Assembly: GCA_022184915.1 (NCBI GenBank)
Contig: JAGTJU010000008.1
Coordinates: 6,760 to 70,759 of the forward strand
DNA length: 64,000 nt
Direction of reading: 5' to 3'
Origin: Myxococcales bacterium
GTDB lineage: Bacteria > Myxococcota_A > Polyangia > Fen-1088
Shown here one piece after another: positions 55,463 through 64,000 of the stretch; the first letter of the stretch is position 1; each line of letters starts with the position of its first letter. A model generated the notes under the pieces. That model was not told where the DNA came from. It made no database searches and was given only the letters and a program-made list of their open reading frames with translations. Both the position numbers and the translations under genes were made by a program.

Positions 55463-57369
55463 ACGTGCGTCTGCTCTGTCTGGGCGTCAGCGTGGCGCTG
55501 GCCTCGGCGGCACAGGCCGAGCCGAAGGCGCCCCGCGTTCCGCCACAAACGCTCGTATTCTGGAACGCGCGGCTCGCCTTGCGCGAGGGCCGCCCCACCG
55601 ACGCCCTCAAGCTGTGGATGCTTCACAATGGCCTGCGCCAGGCGGGGCAGCCTGCGGCAGAAGAAGGTGATTTTTCGTCGGTCGTGTGGGCCGCGCTGGG
55701 AGAGCTTGGCCTTTGCCAACAGACGTTCCCGCGCGATCAAGACCAGGGCGCGGGCCTGTGGCCCCTGGCGTTGCACAACTACGTGGTGCGCGCCGCCTTT
55801 GCGCCCGAGCCTCCCCCGCGCGCGCCGCCGTTCGCCGCCTTCCAGATGGCACGCCAGGCCCGCACATTCTCGCTGCACGATGTGCTCGACGCCGAAGAGC
55901 TTCGTTCTGTCCGCTTTCACCCCACGGCATGCACGCTGCCGGGCTTGCCAGGGGGCTTCATGGGCCGCGATCGCGGCCGCATGGGTGATCGCATCGAGAT
56001 GATGCGCTACCTGCGGCACACCCTGTCGACAGCGCTCGAAACGGTGACGCCGGGCAAAACCCGGGGCATGGAGGCCGTCGAGGCGCGGCTTTTCGATCTC
56101 GACCTGGCCCTCATCGACGCCGAAACGCGCCGCCTGCGCCTCGCGGGAGTGGAAGCGCGCACGAGGGCGCGTGAGCTAGGGCTGTCGCCGGAGGCGGTGT
56201 TGCGCGCGCGGGTCGCGGACACGGCGTGGCCGCCCACGTCGGCCGAGGGGCGTTTTCTCCGCAGAACGCTGACCTGGCGTGCCGACGCGTGGCTGACGCT
56301 CGAGCGCGAGCGGCGTGTGTTTTTGTTTTCGCTGGCGCGCGCGTACGCCCCGGATGACGCCGCGGCCGAAAGGGTGGCCCTCGCGGTCATCGACGCGCTC
56401 GTCGTGCGGGGCCTCGGCGCGGAGGTGCAGCAGTGGGTGGGCGCCACAGGGACGTCACCGCGTTTTCGTGACGCCCTCACGCAGGGTGAGCGGGGCCTGC
56501 GCCTTCTCACCTTGGACAACGCCTCTGGCTTTCGCGAGCGGAGCGCGGTGGCGCTTCATCGGGCCGTGGCCTTCCTCGAAGCCGGCCAGCTCAAAGACGC
56601 CCTCCGCGCGTTTGCCTACGCGCTGGCGGAGGCCGAGACCTCGCGGGAAGCCGCCGCCCTCTCGGCGCTGTGCCGTCGCTGGCTGGCCTACGTGCTCGCG
56701 CAGTTTCAGGCCGACGCCGAGGTCATCCGCATTCTCGAGACCGTGCTGCCGAAGCCGGATTATCGGATCGTGGCCGCCGACCTGGTATGGCGGGCGGCCC
56801 TGAGGCGGGATGCCGCCTCGTTCGAGGCGCTCATGGCCACACTGCCGCGCGGGAGCGCCTTCGACACCGACGCAGCGGATCTGCGCAAGCTGGCCCACGG
56901 CCGCATCCCCGAGATGCTGAGCGCGCTCGCGCAGCGAAGCCAAGCCGAACCCCACCTCACGTTGCGCCTGTGCGCGCGCCTGCTCGACAACCTGGAGGCA
57001 GAGGCCACGGACGTTCGTCGTAGCCACCTGCCCACGCTGCGCGGCCTGCTAAGCCTTTTCGACGAGATCGCCGCGCGCACGACGAGCGCCGGCGCTCAGA
57101 AGCGCAGGGCCGAAGAGCTCGGGGCACGCAGCCGCGCCCTGCTCGAGGGCCTGCGGGCGCCCCTGGCCGACGACGCCGCGCACGCGCTGTCCCCACGGGC
57201 AGAGACGTTTGCAGGCAACATACGCGTGGCACCGAGCGATCCTTTGCCCTGGCCCTTCCCCGCACCCGACCCGAAGCCCACGTCGGTGTTCGTTCCGCTG
57301 CGTCTGCAGCCGCTCGAGTGGCGGGATGAGACCGGAGCCCTGATCTTCGGCTGGAGTGTGAGCGATTGA
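55459..57369 (+). CDS. large secreted protein, hypothetical (Arg/Ala/Leu-rich helical)
   Basis: The TTG or GTG start overlaps the upstream stop. Signal MNVRLLCLGVSVALASAAQA. About 636 aa. Confidence 0.5.
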   Translation: MNVRLLCLGVSVALASAAQAEPKAPRVPPQTLVFWNARLALREGRPTDALKLWMLHNGLRQAGQPAAEEGDFSSVVWAALGELGLCQQTFPRDQDQGAGLWPLALHNYVVRAAFAPEPPPRAPPFAAFQMARQARTFSLHDVLDAEELRSVRFHPTACTLPGLPGGFMGRDRGRMGDRIEMMRYLRHTLSTALETVTPGKTRGMEAVEARLFDLDLALIDAETRRLRLAGVEARTRARELGLSPEAVLRARVADTAWPPTSAEGRFLRRTLTWRADAWLTLERERRVFLFSLARAYAPDDAAAERVALAVIDALVVRGLGAEVQQWVGATGTSPRFRDALTQGERGLRLLTLDNASGFRERSAVALHRAVAFLEAGQLKDALRAFAYALAEAETSREAAALSALCRRWLAYVLAQFQADAEVIRILETVLPKPDYRIVAADLVWRAALRRDAASFEALMATLPRGSAFDTDAADLRKLAHGRIPEMLSALAQRSQAEPHLTLRLCARLLDNLEAEATDVRRSHLPTLRGLLSLFDEIAARTTSAGAQKRRAEELGARSRALLEGLRAPLADDAAHALSPRAETFAGNIRVAPSDPLPWPFPAPDPKPTSVFVPLRLQPLEWRDETGALIFGWSVSD

Positions 57370-57974
57370 GCGATCCCCTGCGCCGCCGCCAATTCGCCGC
57401 ACGCCGGGCCGCCCTCCGGCACGCCCTGACGGCCGCACGGCAGCGGGCGCACAGCCGCTTGCCGCAGCCTCGGCGGCGGCGAGGCGCCCGTGCCCTCGCC
57501 ATCGCCCTGCTCCTCGCGCTCGTCGCCCTGGCCCGCTGCCTCGCGGAGGCGCCCCCGCCCTCGCCCCCGCCCCCGCCGCAAGACGCCGCGCCCGTCAGCG
57601 CCCCGCAGCCCCCGGCCCCGGCCGCGTCCCCCCCCCGCTCGGCCCCCCTGCCTCCCCGCCCCCGGCTGCGTGTGGCCAGCGCCCCGACGCCTGATTGGAT
57701 CGATGAGTTCAGGCTGCAGGTGGGCGCCCGCAGCCCGCGCCTCGCCCGCTGCCTCACGGGCGCTGCGCTTCCCGGACGTCTGCGTTTTTCTGCCACGGTC
57801 GATCGCAACGCGGGGATCGTCTCCGATGCCGAGATCGAGGTGGCCTCTGGGGGCGGCCCGAGCCGCGACCAAAGCCGCTGCCTCGTGGACGTGCTCCGCC
57901 ACCCGGCTTACGACCTGCGGCGCGGGCAGGCCCCGGCCGTGCCCGAGCGCGTGAGCCTGGTGATCGAGTTCTGA
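57366..57974 (+). CDS. TonB/TolA-like topology protein: cytoplasmic N-terminus, one TM, Pro-rich spacer, C-terminal globular domain (GltG/AgmX-like)
   Basis: TTG start overlapping the previous stop. TM ALAIALLLALVALARCLA, Pro-rich linker PPPSPPPPPQDAAPVSAPQPPAPAASPPRSAPLPPRP, and a ~100-aa C-terminal domain. Confidence 0.5.
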   Translation: MSDPLRRRQFAARRAALRHALTAARQRAHSRLPQPRRRRGARALAIALLLALVALARCLAEAPPPSPPPPPQDAAPVSAPQPPAPAASPPRSAPLPPRPRLRVASAPTPDWIDEFRLQVGARSPRLARCLTGAALPGRLRFSATVDRNAGIVSDAEIEVASGGGPSRDQSRCLVDVLRHPAYDLRRGQAPAVPERVSLVIEF

Positions 57975-58023
57975 CGGGGCCCACCGCCCCCACCGAGCCC
58001 GCCCTTGCGGTCCCCCGGCAAAC

Positions 58024-59103
58024 TTGATAGCCGCTGCCTTTCCCATGAGCGCCTCTGGCACCTTCACGGCCTATCTGGTCGAGCCCGCGTTCGAGGCGGC
58101 GCTCGAAGCGGAGCTGGGGAGCGCGCCGGGCCGCAGCCCCCGGTGGCCGGCCGTGCTCACGCGCCCCCGCGGTCACGACGGGCCCGAGGATCCGATGTTC
58201 GCGCGCCAGGTGTTGCCCGAGGCGCAGCTCATCAAGGCGCCTGCGCCGGAAGCGCTCGTCGAGCAGGTCCTCGAGGCGAGCCTCGCGCGGGTGCAGGGCG
58301 CGGTGGCGGGGCCTTTCGTGTTCACCCCCGACGCCTCACGGTACCGGGCGCTCGCGGCCGCCGTGGGGCCCTGCACGCAGCGCCTCAAAGCGGGTTTGAA
58401 AGCGGCGGGGCACAAAGGGCTTCCCCCCAATCCACAAGCGCTGCGGGCGGCGTTTCGGCAGGGCCGGCAGGTGCTGCAAGTGGCTTTGGTCGGACACACG
58501 TCCGCCCTCGTATCGTGCAGCGTGCCCCGCGCGTGCGTTGGCGGCGGCTTCGACATCTCGCCCTGGCCCGCGGGTCTGGCCCCCGTGGCTCAGGATCGGC
58601 AAGCCCCGTCCCGGGCGTACAAGAAGCTCGAGGAAACCTTCGCGTGGCTCGGCCGCGCTCCCAGGGCTCACGAAACCGTGGTGGATCTCGGCGGCGCTCC
58701 CGGGGGGTGGGCGTGGACGGCGCTCAAGCGCGGCGCCCAGGTGACCGCGATCGATCGCGCGCCGCTGTCTCCGCCCGCGGCGGGGCACCCGGCCCTCGTG
58801 CAAGTGCAGGGCGATGCCTTTGCGTTTTCGCCCCCGGCCCCCGTCGACTGGTTGCTCTGCGACGTCATCTGCGAGCCCGCGCGCTCGCTGGCGCTCATCA
58901 CCCGCTGGGCGCGCGAGGGCTGGTGCCGTCACCTGGTGGTAACGGTGAAGTTCAAGGGCGCCACCGGCAATCATCTCGCCGTGTCTCCGATCGTGTCCGT
59001 GCTGACCACGGCGGGCTTCAGGGTTGCGCGGGTCAAGCACCTGCACAACAACCAGAACGAGGTGGAAGTGTTCGCCTCCCGCGAGGGCGATCAACACGGC
59101 TGA
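58024..59103 (+). CDS. rlmM: RlmM-like 23S rRNA 2'-O-methyltransferase (THUMP-like N-terminus + FtsJ-type MTase)
   Basis: SRAYKKLEETFAW, VVDLGGAPGGWAWTAL (SAM motif I) and DWLLCDV fit the RlmM/FtsJ pattern. 359 aa. Confidence 0.6.
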   Translation: MIAAAFPMSASGTFTAYLVEPAFEAALEAELGSAPGRSPRWPAVLTRPRGHDGPEDPMFARQVLPEAQLIKAPAPEALVEQVLEASLARVQGAVAGPFVFTPDASRYRALAAAVGPCTQRLKAGLKAAGHKGLPPNPQALRAAFRQGRQVLQVALVGHTSALVSCSVPRACVGGGFDISPWPAGLAPVAQDRQAPSRAYKKLEETFAWLGRAPRAHETVVDLGGAPGGWAWTALKRGAQVTAIDRAPLSPPAAGHPALVQVQGDAFAFSPPAPVDWLLCDVICEPARSLALITRWAREGWCRHLVVTVKFKGATGNHLAVSPIVSVLTTAGFRVARVKHLHNNQNEVEVFASREGDQHG

Positions 59104-59195
59104 CACGTAAAGTCGTGTGAACGTCACGTTTGGCTTTGGCCGACATCCGACCCAAATGCTAACGTCTGGCCGCCCCGGCCACGACGGCCGCCTGG

Positions 59196-59855
59196 ATGGT
59201 CATGAATCAGAACTCTCGCTTCGTTCAAACTCTCCTCGAGTTGCCCATCTTCGAGTCCGAATGGGTGCTCTATTTGCTGATCCTGCTGTCCGCGGCCTCC
59301 ATCGCCGTGATGATCGAGCGGGCGGCGTTTTACCGCAGCCGGCGCGTCGACACCGATGGCCTGCGCAAAATGCTCTCGGAGCGCCTTGCGAAGGGCGACT
59401 ACGCCGGCGCCCTCGGCGAGATGCAAAAGCAGGATTCGCTGGAGACGAACGTGGTGCTCGTGGGTTTGCAAGCGTCGGCCAAGGGGCCCGAGTCCGTGGA
59501 GGATCTCATCTCGGGCGCCCTCGGGCGTGAAAAGACCCGCTACGAAAAGCGCCTCAGCTTCCTGGCCACGCTGGCCAGCAACGCGCCCTACATCGGGCTC
59601 TTCGGCACCGTGCTCGGCATCATCCGCGCCTTCCGCGATCTGGCCGCCAACATGGCGGATGCCAGCACCTCGGTGATGGCCGGCATCGCCGAAGCGCTGA
59701 TCGCCACGGCGGTGGGCCTTTTGGTCGCGATACCGGCCGTCATCGCCTACAACGTGTTCAAGGGCCGCGTGAAAGAATCCGTGACCGACTGCCAGATGTT
59801 GTCACGCGTGGTGCTGGCACAGCTCAAGTCCACCGATCTCGGCAAAGCCGACTGA
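59196..59855 (+). CDS. exbB: ExbB/TolQ-family proton channel
   Basis: Three-TM pattern with a large cytoplasmic loop and the signature LATLASNAPYIGLFGTVLGII…AGIAEALIATAVGLLVAIPAV. Confidence 0.8.
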   Translation: MVMNQNSRFVQTLLELPIFESEWVLYLLILLSAASIAVMIERAAFYRSRRVDTDGLRKMLSERLAKGDYAGALGEMQKQDSLETNVVLVGLQASAKGPESVEDLISGALGREKTRYEKRLSFLATLASNAPYIGLFGTVLGIIRAFRDLAANMADASTSVMAGIAEALIATAVGLLVAIPAVIAYNVFKGRVKESVTDCQMLSRVVLAQLKSTDLGKAD

Positions 59856-59882
59856 CCTTCGACGTTTCCTCGGAGACCCTCC

Positions 59883-60323
59883 ATGGCCTCTCTCGACGAT
59901 GGCGCTGACGAAGACGGACCTCTCGCTTCGATCAACATCATTCCCTTCGTGGACATCGTGCTGGTGCTGCTGGTCATCTTCATGCTGACCTCCGCCACGA
60001 TCGTGCGGGCCAGCTTGAAGGTCGAGCTGCCCCGTGCGGCCTCGGGCGGTGCCCGCGTGGAATCCACGTTGAATCTGGTGGTGCCGAAGGAAGGCCCGTT
60101 TTTGGTCAACGGAGAGCCTGCCGCGAACCTCGAGGCCGTGGGCCGCCTGGTGAAAGCGGCGGCGGCAGCCGATCCGAAGACTCAAGCCGTGATCGCGGGC
60201 GACAAGGGAGCGGAGTACGGTCGGGTGGTGGAGATGATCGACGTGGTGAAGCAAAACGGCATCAAGGCCTTCGCCCTCGACATCGAGAAGGGCAACGCCC
60301 CCACCGCGGCCGCCACCCCCTGA
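59883..60323 (+). CDS. exbD: ExbD/TolR-family protein
   Basis: INIIPFVDIVLVLLVIFM TM helix with the conserved Asp. 146 aa. Confidence 0.8.
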   Translation: MASLDDGADEDGPLASINIIPFVDIVLVLLVIFMLTSATIVRASLKVELPRAASGGARVESTLNLVVPKEGPFLVNGEPAANLEAVGRLVKAAAAADPKTQAVIAGDKGAEYGRVVEMIDVVKQNGIKAFALDIEKGNAPTAAATP

Positions 60324-60338
60324 ACCCGCCCCGCACCG

Positions 60339-61304
60339 ATGATGGACCTCGAAAGCCGCGCCCGCGCCCGCCCGCAACCTCTGCGGCGCGCGCCTCTGCC
60401 CGTCAGGCGCGCAGAGGCGCGTCGGGCCGCGCGGGAGCGCATCGCGGTGGCTGCCACCCGGCCCGTCACACGGGAGCAGCTGGCACTCGATCCGCTCACG
60501 CACGAATCCCGCGCGCCTGCCGCCAGGGCCATCGGGTTCTTTGCCGCGGCGCTGGCCCTCCACGCGCTGGTGGTGGGGCTTGGCGTCTGGCTGGGTGACG
60601 GCGCCCACGAGTTCGTCCGCGACGAGCAGCAGGTGAAGATCGAGGTGCGGGAGCCGCCCCCCCCACCACCGCCCCCGCCCGAACCCGAACCCGAGCCCGA
60701 GCCGGTGGAAACGCCCCCCCAAACACCACCCCCGAAACCTCAGCCGAAGGTCGAGCGGGCACCGGCGCCGCCGCCTCCCAAGGCCGAAACACCCCCCCCG
60801 CCGCCGGAAGCCAAGCCTCCACCGCGCGTGGTGGGCTTGAGCCTCGACTCCACGACCGAAGGCGGCAGTGGCCCCTCCTTCGCCGTGGGCAACACGCGCG
60901 AGGGCGAGACCGGCAAACGCGCCGCGGACCCCAACAAAGTGGCGCCCGTGGGCGTGGGCCCCATCGTGGAGCAGCCCACGGAATCGCCGAACCGGGCGGC
61001 CTCGCGCATCCCCACCGTGGGCCTTCAATACACGCCCGCCAAACGCAAGCAGGTCATCAAGCCCCCCTACCCCGAAGCCCTCAAGGCCCAAGGCATCGAG
61101 GGCGACGTCACCGTGATGGTGACCATCGACGCCACGGGAAAGGTGAGCAACGTCAAGGTCGTCAAAGAGGCGGCCTATGCCGAGTTCAACGAGTCGGCGC
61201 GCAAGACCGCGCTTGCGGAAGAGTTCGAGCCCGCCCAAAAAAACGGGGCGGCCGTTCCCGCCACCATCACCTTCACGTACCGTTTTCGCTTGGAAGAATC
61301 TTGA
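60339..61304 (+). CDS. tonB: TonB energy transducer
   Basis: TM helix, (E/K)P-rich spacer PEPEPEPEPVETPPQTPPPKPQPK, and a C-terminal TonB_C domain YPEALKAQGIEGDVTVMVTIDATGKVSNVKVVK. Confidence 0.75.
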   Translation: MMDLESRARARPQPLRRAPLPVRRAEARRAARERIAVAATRPVTREQLALDPLTHESRAPAARAIGFFAAALALHALVVGLGVWLGDGAHEFVRDEQQVKIEVREPPPPPPPPPEPEPEPEPVETPPQTPPPKPQPKVERAPAPPPPKAETPPPPPEAKPPPRVVGLSLDSTTEGGSGPSFAVGNTREGETGKRAADPNKVAPVGVGPIVEQPTESPNRAASRIPTVGLQYTPAKRKQVIKPPYPEALKAQGIEGDVTVMVTIDATGKVSNVKVVKEAAYAEFNESARKTALAEEFEPAQKNGAAVPATITFTYRFRLEES

Positions 61305-61365
61305 ACGGTTTCCGGCCCAGCGCCGGCCCGGCCCATTCGGGCCTTGCGACCCACGAGCTTTTCGC

Positions 61366-62352
61366 ATGATACGCACGATCAGGATGACAGCCCTCGAAGG
61401 CCTCTGTCTCGCGGCGCTCGCGCTCGGAGGCGCGGCCTGCACCGAAGACTTCCCTCCTTACAACCGCCTCGAAGCCTTGCGCGTGCTGGCCATCCAGAGT
61501 GAACCGGTGGCCCCGGCCTTTGGTGAAACCACCACCCTGACCCCGCTCGTTCACACCGCCGCAGGCGAAGCCGTGACGTACGCCTGGTCGTGGTGCCCCT
61601 TCGCCGGCGGCGCCAACGACGGCTATCCCTGTCTGGTTTCCGAAGAGCAGCTCCGGGCCCAGCTGGGTGCCGCTGGCGCCAACCTGCCCCCCTTCGATCT
61701 CGGCACGGGCCCCACCGCCAGCTTCACGCACACGCTCGACCCCGCCGCGCTGGCTCCGCTGTGCGCCGCCACCCTGCCGCCGGGGTTGGCGCCCTTTCCC
61801 CTCTCGCTCGACTGCAAGGAGGGGTTCCCCATCTCGATCAAGCTCGTGGTCAGCACACCCACCGATACCATCACCTCCGTGCGCAGCCTCGACCTGCGCC
61901 TGGATCCCAGCACGCCACCCAACACAAACCCGCGCATGACGAATTTGGTCGCCCTGTTGCCGGTCCCCGGTTTCCCGGAACGCAGGACCACAGCACCCTT
62001 CGACGCCGTTGGCACCGTGGTGTTGCCGCGCAGGGTGGAGACGACGATCCAGGTCACGGTGGATCCCACGAGCTCCGAGCCTTTCGTGGACAAAAACGAA
62101 CGGAATGAAGACATTCCGGCCAACGAGCGCTTGTTTTTGACCTGGTTCGTCGAGTCGGGCAGCACGGACGACGAACGAACCAGCTTTTTGCCCGGGCTCA
62201 CCAATCTTCTGGAGGCAACGATCAACGGGTGGCGCCCCGCCTCCGTTGAGGACTATGCCCCCGCCACCTCGCGCATCTACGTGGTGGTGCGCGACAACCG
62301 AGGCGGCGTGAGCTGGCTTTCGGGCCTTGCCACCTTGGGAGCGGAACCATGA
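61366..62352 (+). CDS. lipoprotein, hypothetical
   Basis: Lipobox LALGGAAC. 328 aa. ATGA overlap with the receptor gene. Confidence 0.5.
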   Translation: MIRTIRMTALEGLCLAALALGGAACTEDFPPYNRLEALRVLAIQSEPVAPAFGETTTLTPLVHTAAGEAVTYAWSWCPFAGGANDGYPCLVSEEQLRAQLGAAGANLPPFDLGTGPTASFTHTLDPAALAPLCAATLPPGLAPFPLSLDCKEGFPISIKLVVSTPTDTITSVRSLDLRLDPSTPPNTNPRMTNLVALLPVPGFPERRTTAPFDAVGTVVLPRRVETTIQVTVDPTSSEPFVDKNERNEDIPANERLFLTWFVESGSTDDERTSFLPGLTNLLEATINGWRPASVEDYAPATSRIYVVVRDNRGGVSWLSGLATLGAEP

Positions 62353-64000
62353 AGCGCAGTCTGCACGGCAGCGTGGCGCTGCTCCTGGGTCTCTTCGCCA
62401 GCGTTCCCACCGGGGCGCGGGCCCAGGGCGTGTCCGCAAAGAGCGGTGCCGCAACGGCCCCCGGCGGCGACGGGGCCGATGCGGGGCGTGAGACGCTCGA
62501 GGCCTCGAAGCTCAGCAAAGTCCCCAAGCAAAAGACCTTCGTGAAAGCGGACTATCCGCCCGAAGCCAAGGCGCAGGGGCTCGAGGGCGAAGTGACCTTG
62601 CTGCTCGACATCAACGCCGAGGGCACCATCGACGCCGTGAGCGTGGTCGAGGCCACCCCACCGGACGTGGGCTTCGAGGAGGCCGCGTCGATCGCGGCCC
62701 AAGGCTTCGAGTTCGAGCCGGCCGAGGTGGAGGGAAAGCCCATCGCCGTTCAGCTGTCATACAGGTACCGCTTTACCCTCGAACCCGAAGCGCCCGCCAG
62801 CGCGCCCCCCCCGGGACCTGAGTCACCCGGGCCAAACGACGCCCCGGCCGCCGCCCCCAAGCCTGCCAAGGCTCCCGTGGCCAACTTCACCGGGCTGCTG
62901 CTCGAACGAGGCACCCGTTCCCCCTTGCCGGGCGTGATCGTCACGGTGTTCCGCGACGACGGAGACGCTCCCGTGGGCTACGAAGCCACTACCAGCGAAC
63001 AGGGACGTTTTGAGTTCTTCGATCTGCCCGCGGGCCCCTGGAAGGTCCTCATCGAGGCGCCCGGCTTTTACCCCTTCCGAACCACGGAGGAGTTGGCAGA
63101 GAACGAGGCGATCGACGCGACCTACTACGAAGAGCGGCAATCGTATAACCCCTACGACGTGACGGTCACGGCCGATCGGCCCCGCAAAGAGGTGAGCCGC
63201 ACCGTGATCTCGGCGAAGGAGATCGACAAAATTCCCGGCACGGCCGGCGATCCCTTGGCCGTCATCCAAAACTTCGCAGGCGTGGCCCGCACGCCGGTGG
63301 GCAGCGGCCAGATCATCGTGCGCGGCTCGGCCCCCGAAGACACCCGGGTGTTCGTGGACGGCGTCGAGGTTCCGATCATCTACCACTTCGGGGGGCTGCG
63401 CAGCGTGCTCCCGATCGGCATGCTGGATGGGATCGATTTTTACCCGGGCAACTTCGCCCCCAGCTACGGCCGCGCCACCGGCGGCGTCATCGACGTGCGT
63501 ACGAAGAAGCCCGAGGCCAAGCAGCTGCGCGGCTACGCCGACGTGAGCCTGCTCGACACGGGCGTGTTCCTCGAGATTCCCCTCGGGACCAAGGGCTCAC
63601 TGTCGCTGTCCGGGCGGCGCAGCTACATCGACTTCATCCTCAACGCCGTGGTCCCCGAAGACGCCGACGTGAACCTGGTGGCGGCGCCGCGCTACTACGA
63701 CTACCAGCTGCTCGCGACCTACCGCCCGGCGCCTGCGCACGACATCCGGTTCTTTTTCTTCGGCTCCGATGACCGGCTCGAGCTGCTCTTCACCAACCCG
63801 GCCGATCTCGACACGGCCGTCACCGGCAACAGCCTGTCGGCCTCCACCACGTTCTACCGCTCGGCCACGACCTACCGCTACGTGCCGAGCCCGAACTTCT
63901 CGAACACGCTGCGCATCTCTCAGGGGCGCAACTGGTTCAACTTCTCGGTGGGCAACCTGGTCTTCGACCTCAACGTGTACGTCAGCCAAATTCGCGACAC
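62350..64000 (+). CDS. TonB-dependent outer-membrane receptor with N-terminal TonB_C-like domain and carboxypeptidase-regulatory-like domain (3' end beyond window)
   Basis: Signal peptide, then ADYPPEAKAQGLEGEVTLLLDINAEGTIDAVSVVE (TonB_C-like), then TGLLLERGTRSPLPGVIVTVF…GRFEFFDLPAGPWKVLIEAPGFYPF (CarbopepD_reg-like), then the plug motif ISAKEIDKIPGTAGDPLAVIQNFAGV…VFVDGVEVP. Confidence 0.7.

Noticed and set aside
56957-61442. Long minus-strand ORFs (283, 323, 263 and 546 aa) across rlmM/exbB/exbD/tonB
   Set aside because: Antisense artefacts. tonB's Pro/Glu-rich spacer reads as Gly/Arg-rich nonsense on the opposite strand.
1-64000. CRISPR arrays, rRNA/tRNA genes, prophage structural genes
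   Set aside because: There are no direct-repeat/spacer periodicity, no rRNA-like conserved stretches, and no tRNA cloverleaf candidates (GTTCGAATC-type T-loops absent). No capsid, terminase or tail-like ORFs were recognised.

Overview
This 64-kb window is about 69 % GC. It most likely comes from a myxobacterial chromosome: one secreted protein ends in a MYXO-CTERM-like GCS…hydrophobic…RRR tail, there are many Pro/Ala-rich lipoproteins, and there are non-flagellar MotA/MotB-like genes. Every call here is from reading the sequence and the ORF track by eye; no searches were run.

The first ~45 kb is an accessory region riddled with insertion sequences.
- Mobile elements: an IS3 OrfA remnant, two different IS21-family elements that both lack istB, extra IS21 end fragments, two identical ISAzo13-family copies in inverted orientation bracketing ~13 kb, an IS91-family (Y2/HUH) transposase, and a second IS3 OrfA scrap.
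- Repeats: at least 8 copies of a previously unannotated ~65-110-bp repeat sit at IS boundaries.
- Toxin-antitoxin modules: hipBA, phd/vapC and mazEF.
- Gene fragments and pseudogenes: an ANL-ligase 3' end, a RibD-C fragment, a MocR-like aminotransferase with a frameshift and an in-frame TAG, a miaB-like 5' end, and an RNase H 3' end.

Three separate DUF692 (MNIO) loci lie inside this region.
- At 3454-4869, a DUF692 protein with a ~190-aa C-terminal extension is translationally coupled to a nucleotidyltransferase. It is divergent from a membrane protein whose tail is SSCSS…CGGGGGCGGGGGCGGGGGCGG.
- At 16198-23917, a nine-gene minus-strand operon looks like a new RiPP-type biosynthetic cluster. 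It encodes a DUF692 enzyme, a 331-aa protein carrying 8 near-identical tandem 16-aa repeats ([15 protein letters not shown][I/F]) followed by a C-terminal pentapeptide-repeat domain, two tetrapyrrole-methylase-family methyltransferases, a B12-binding radical SAM enzyme with an unusual Cx12Cx2C motif, an Asp/Asn beta-hydroxylase, a P-loop kinase, and a PRMT-like (protein arginine methyltransferase) enzyme.
- At 37879-41185, a DUF692-DUF2063 pair (BufB/BufC-like) is followed by two secreted Cys/heme-motif proteins and is divergent from a 76-aa lipoprotein ending in GGCGCN.

The last ~19 kb is core-like. It holds a 13-gene plus-strand operon of lipoproteins and outer-membrane-barrel-like proteins built around a MotA/MotB stator pair, a membrane protein with a FliG-like cytoplasmic domain, and a TonB-like Pro-rich protein; this is a candidate new trans-envelope motor. 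It is followed by rlmM, exbB-exbD-tonB, a lipoprotein, and a TonB-C/CarbopepD/plug-type TonB-dependent receptor that runs off the window end.
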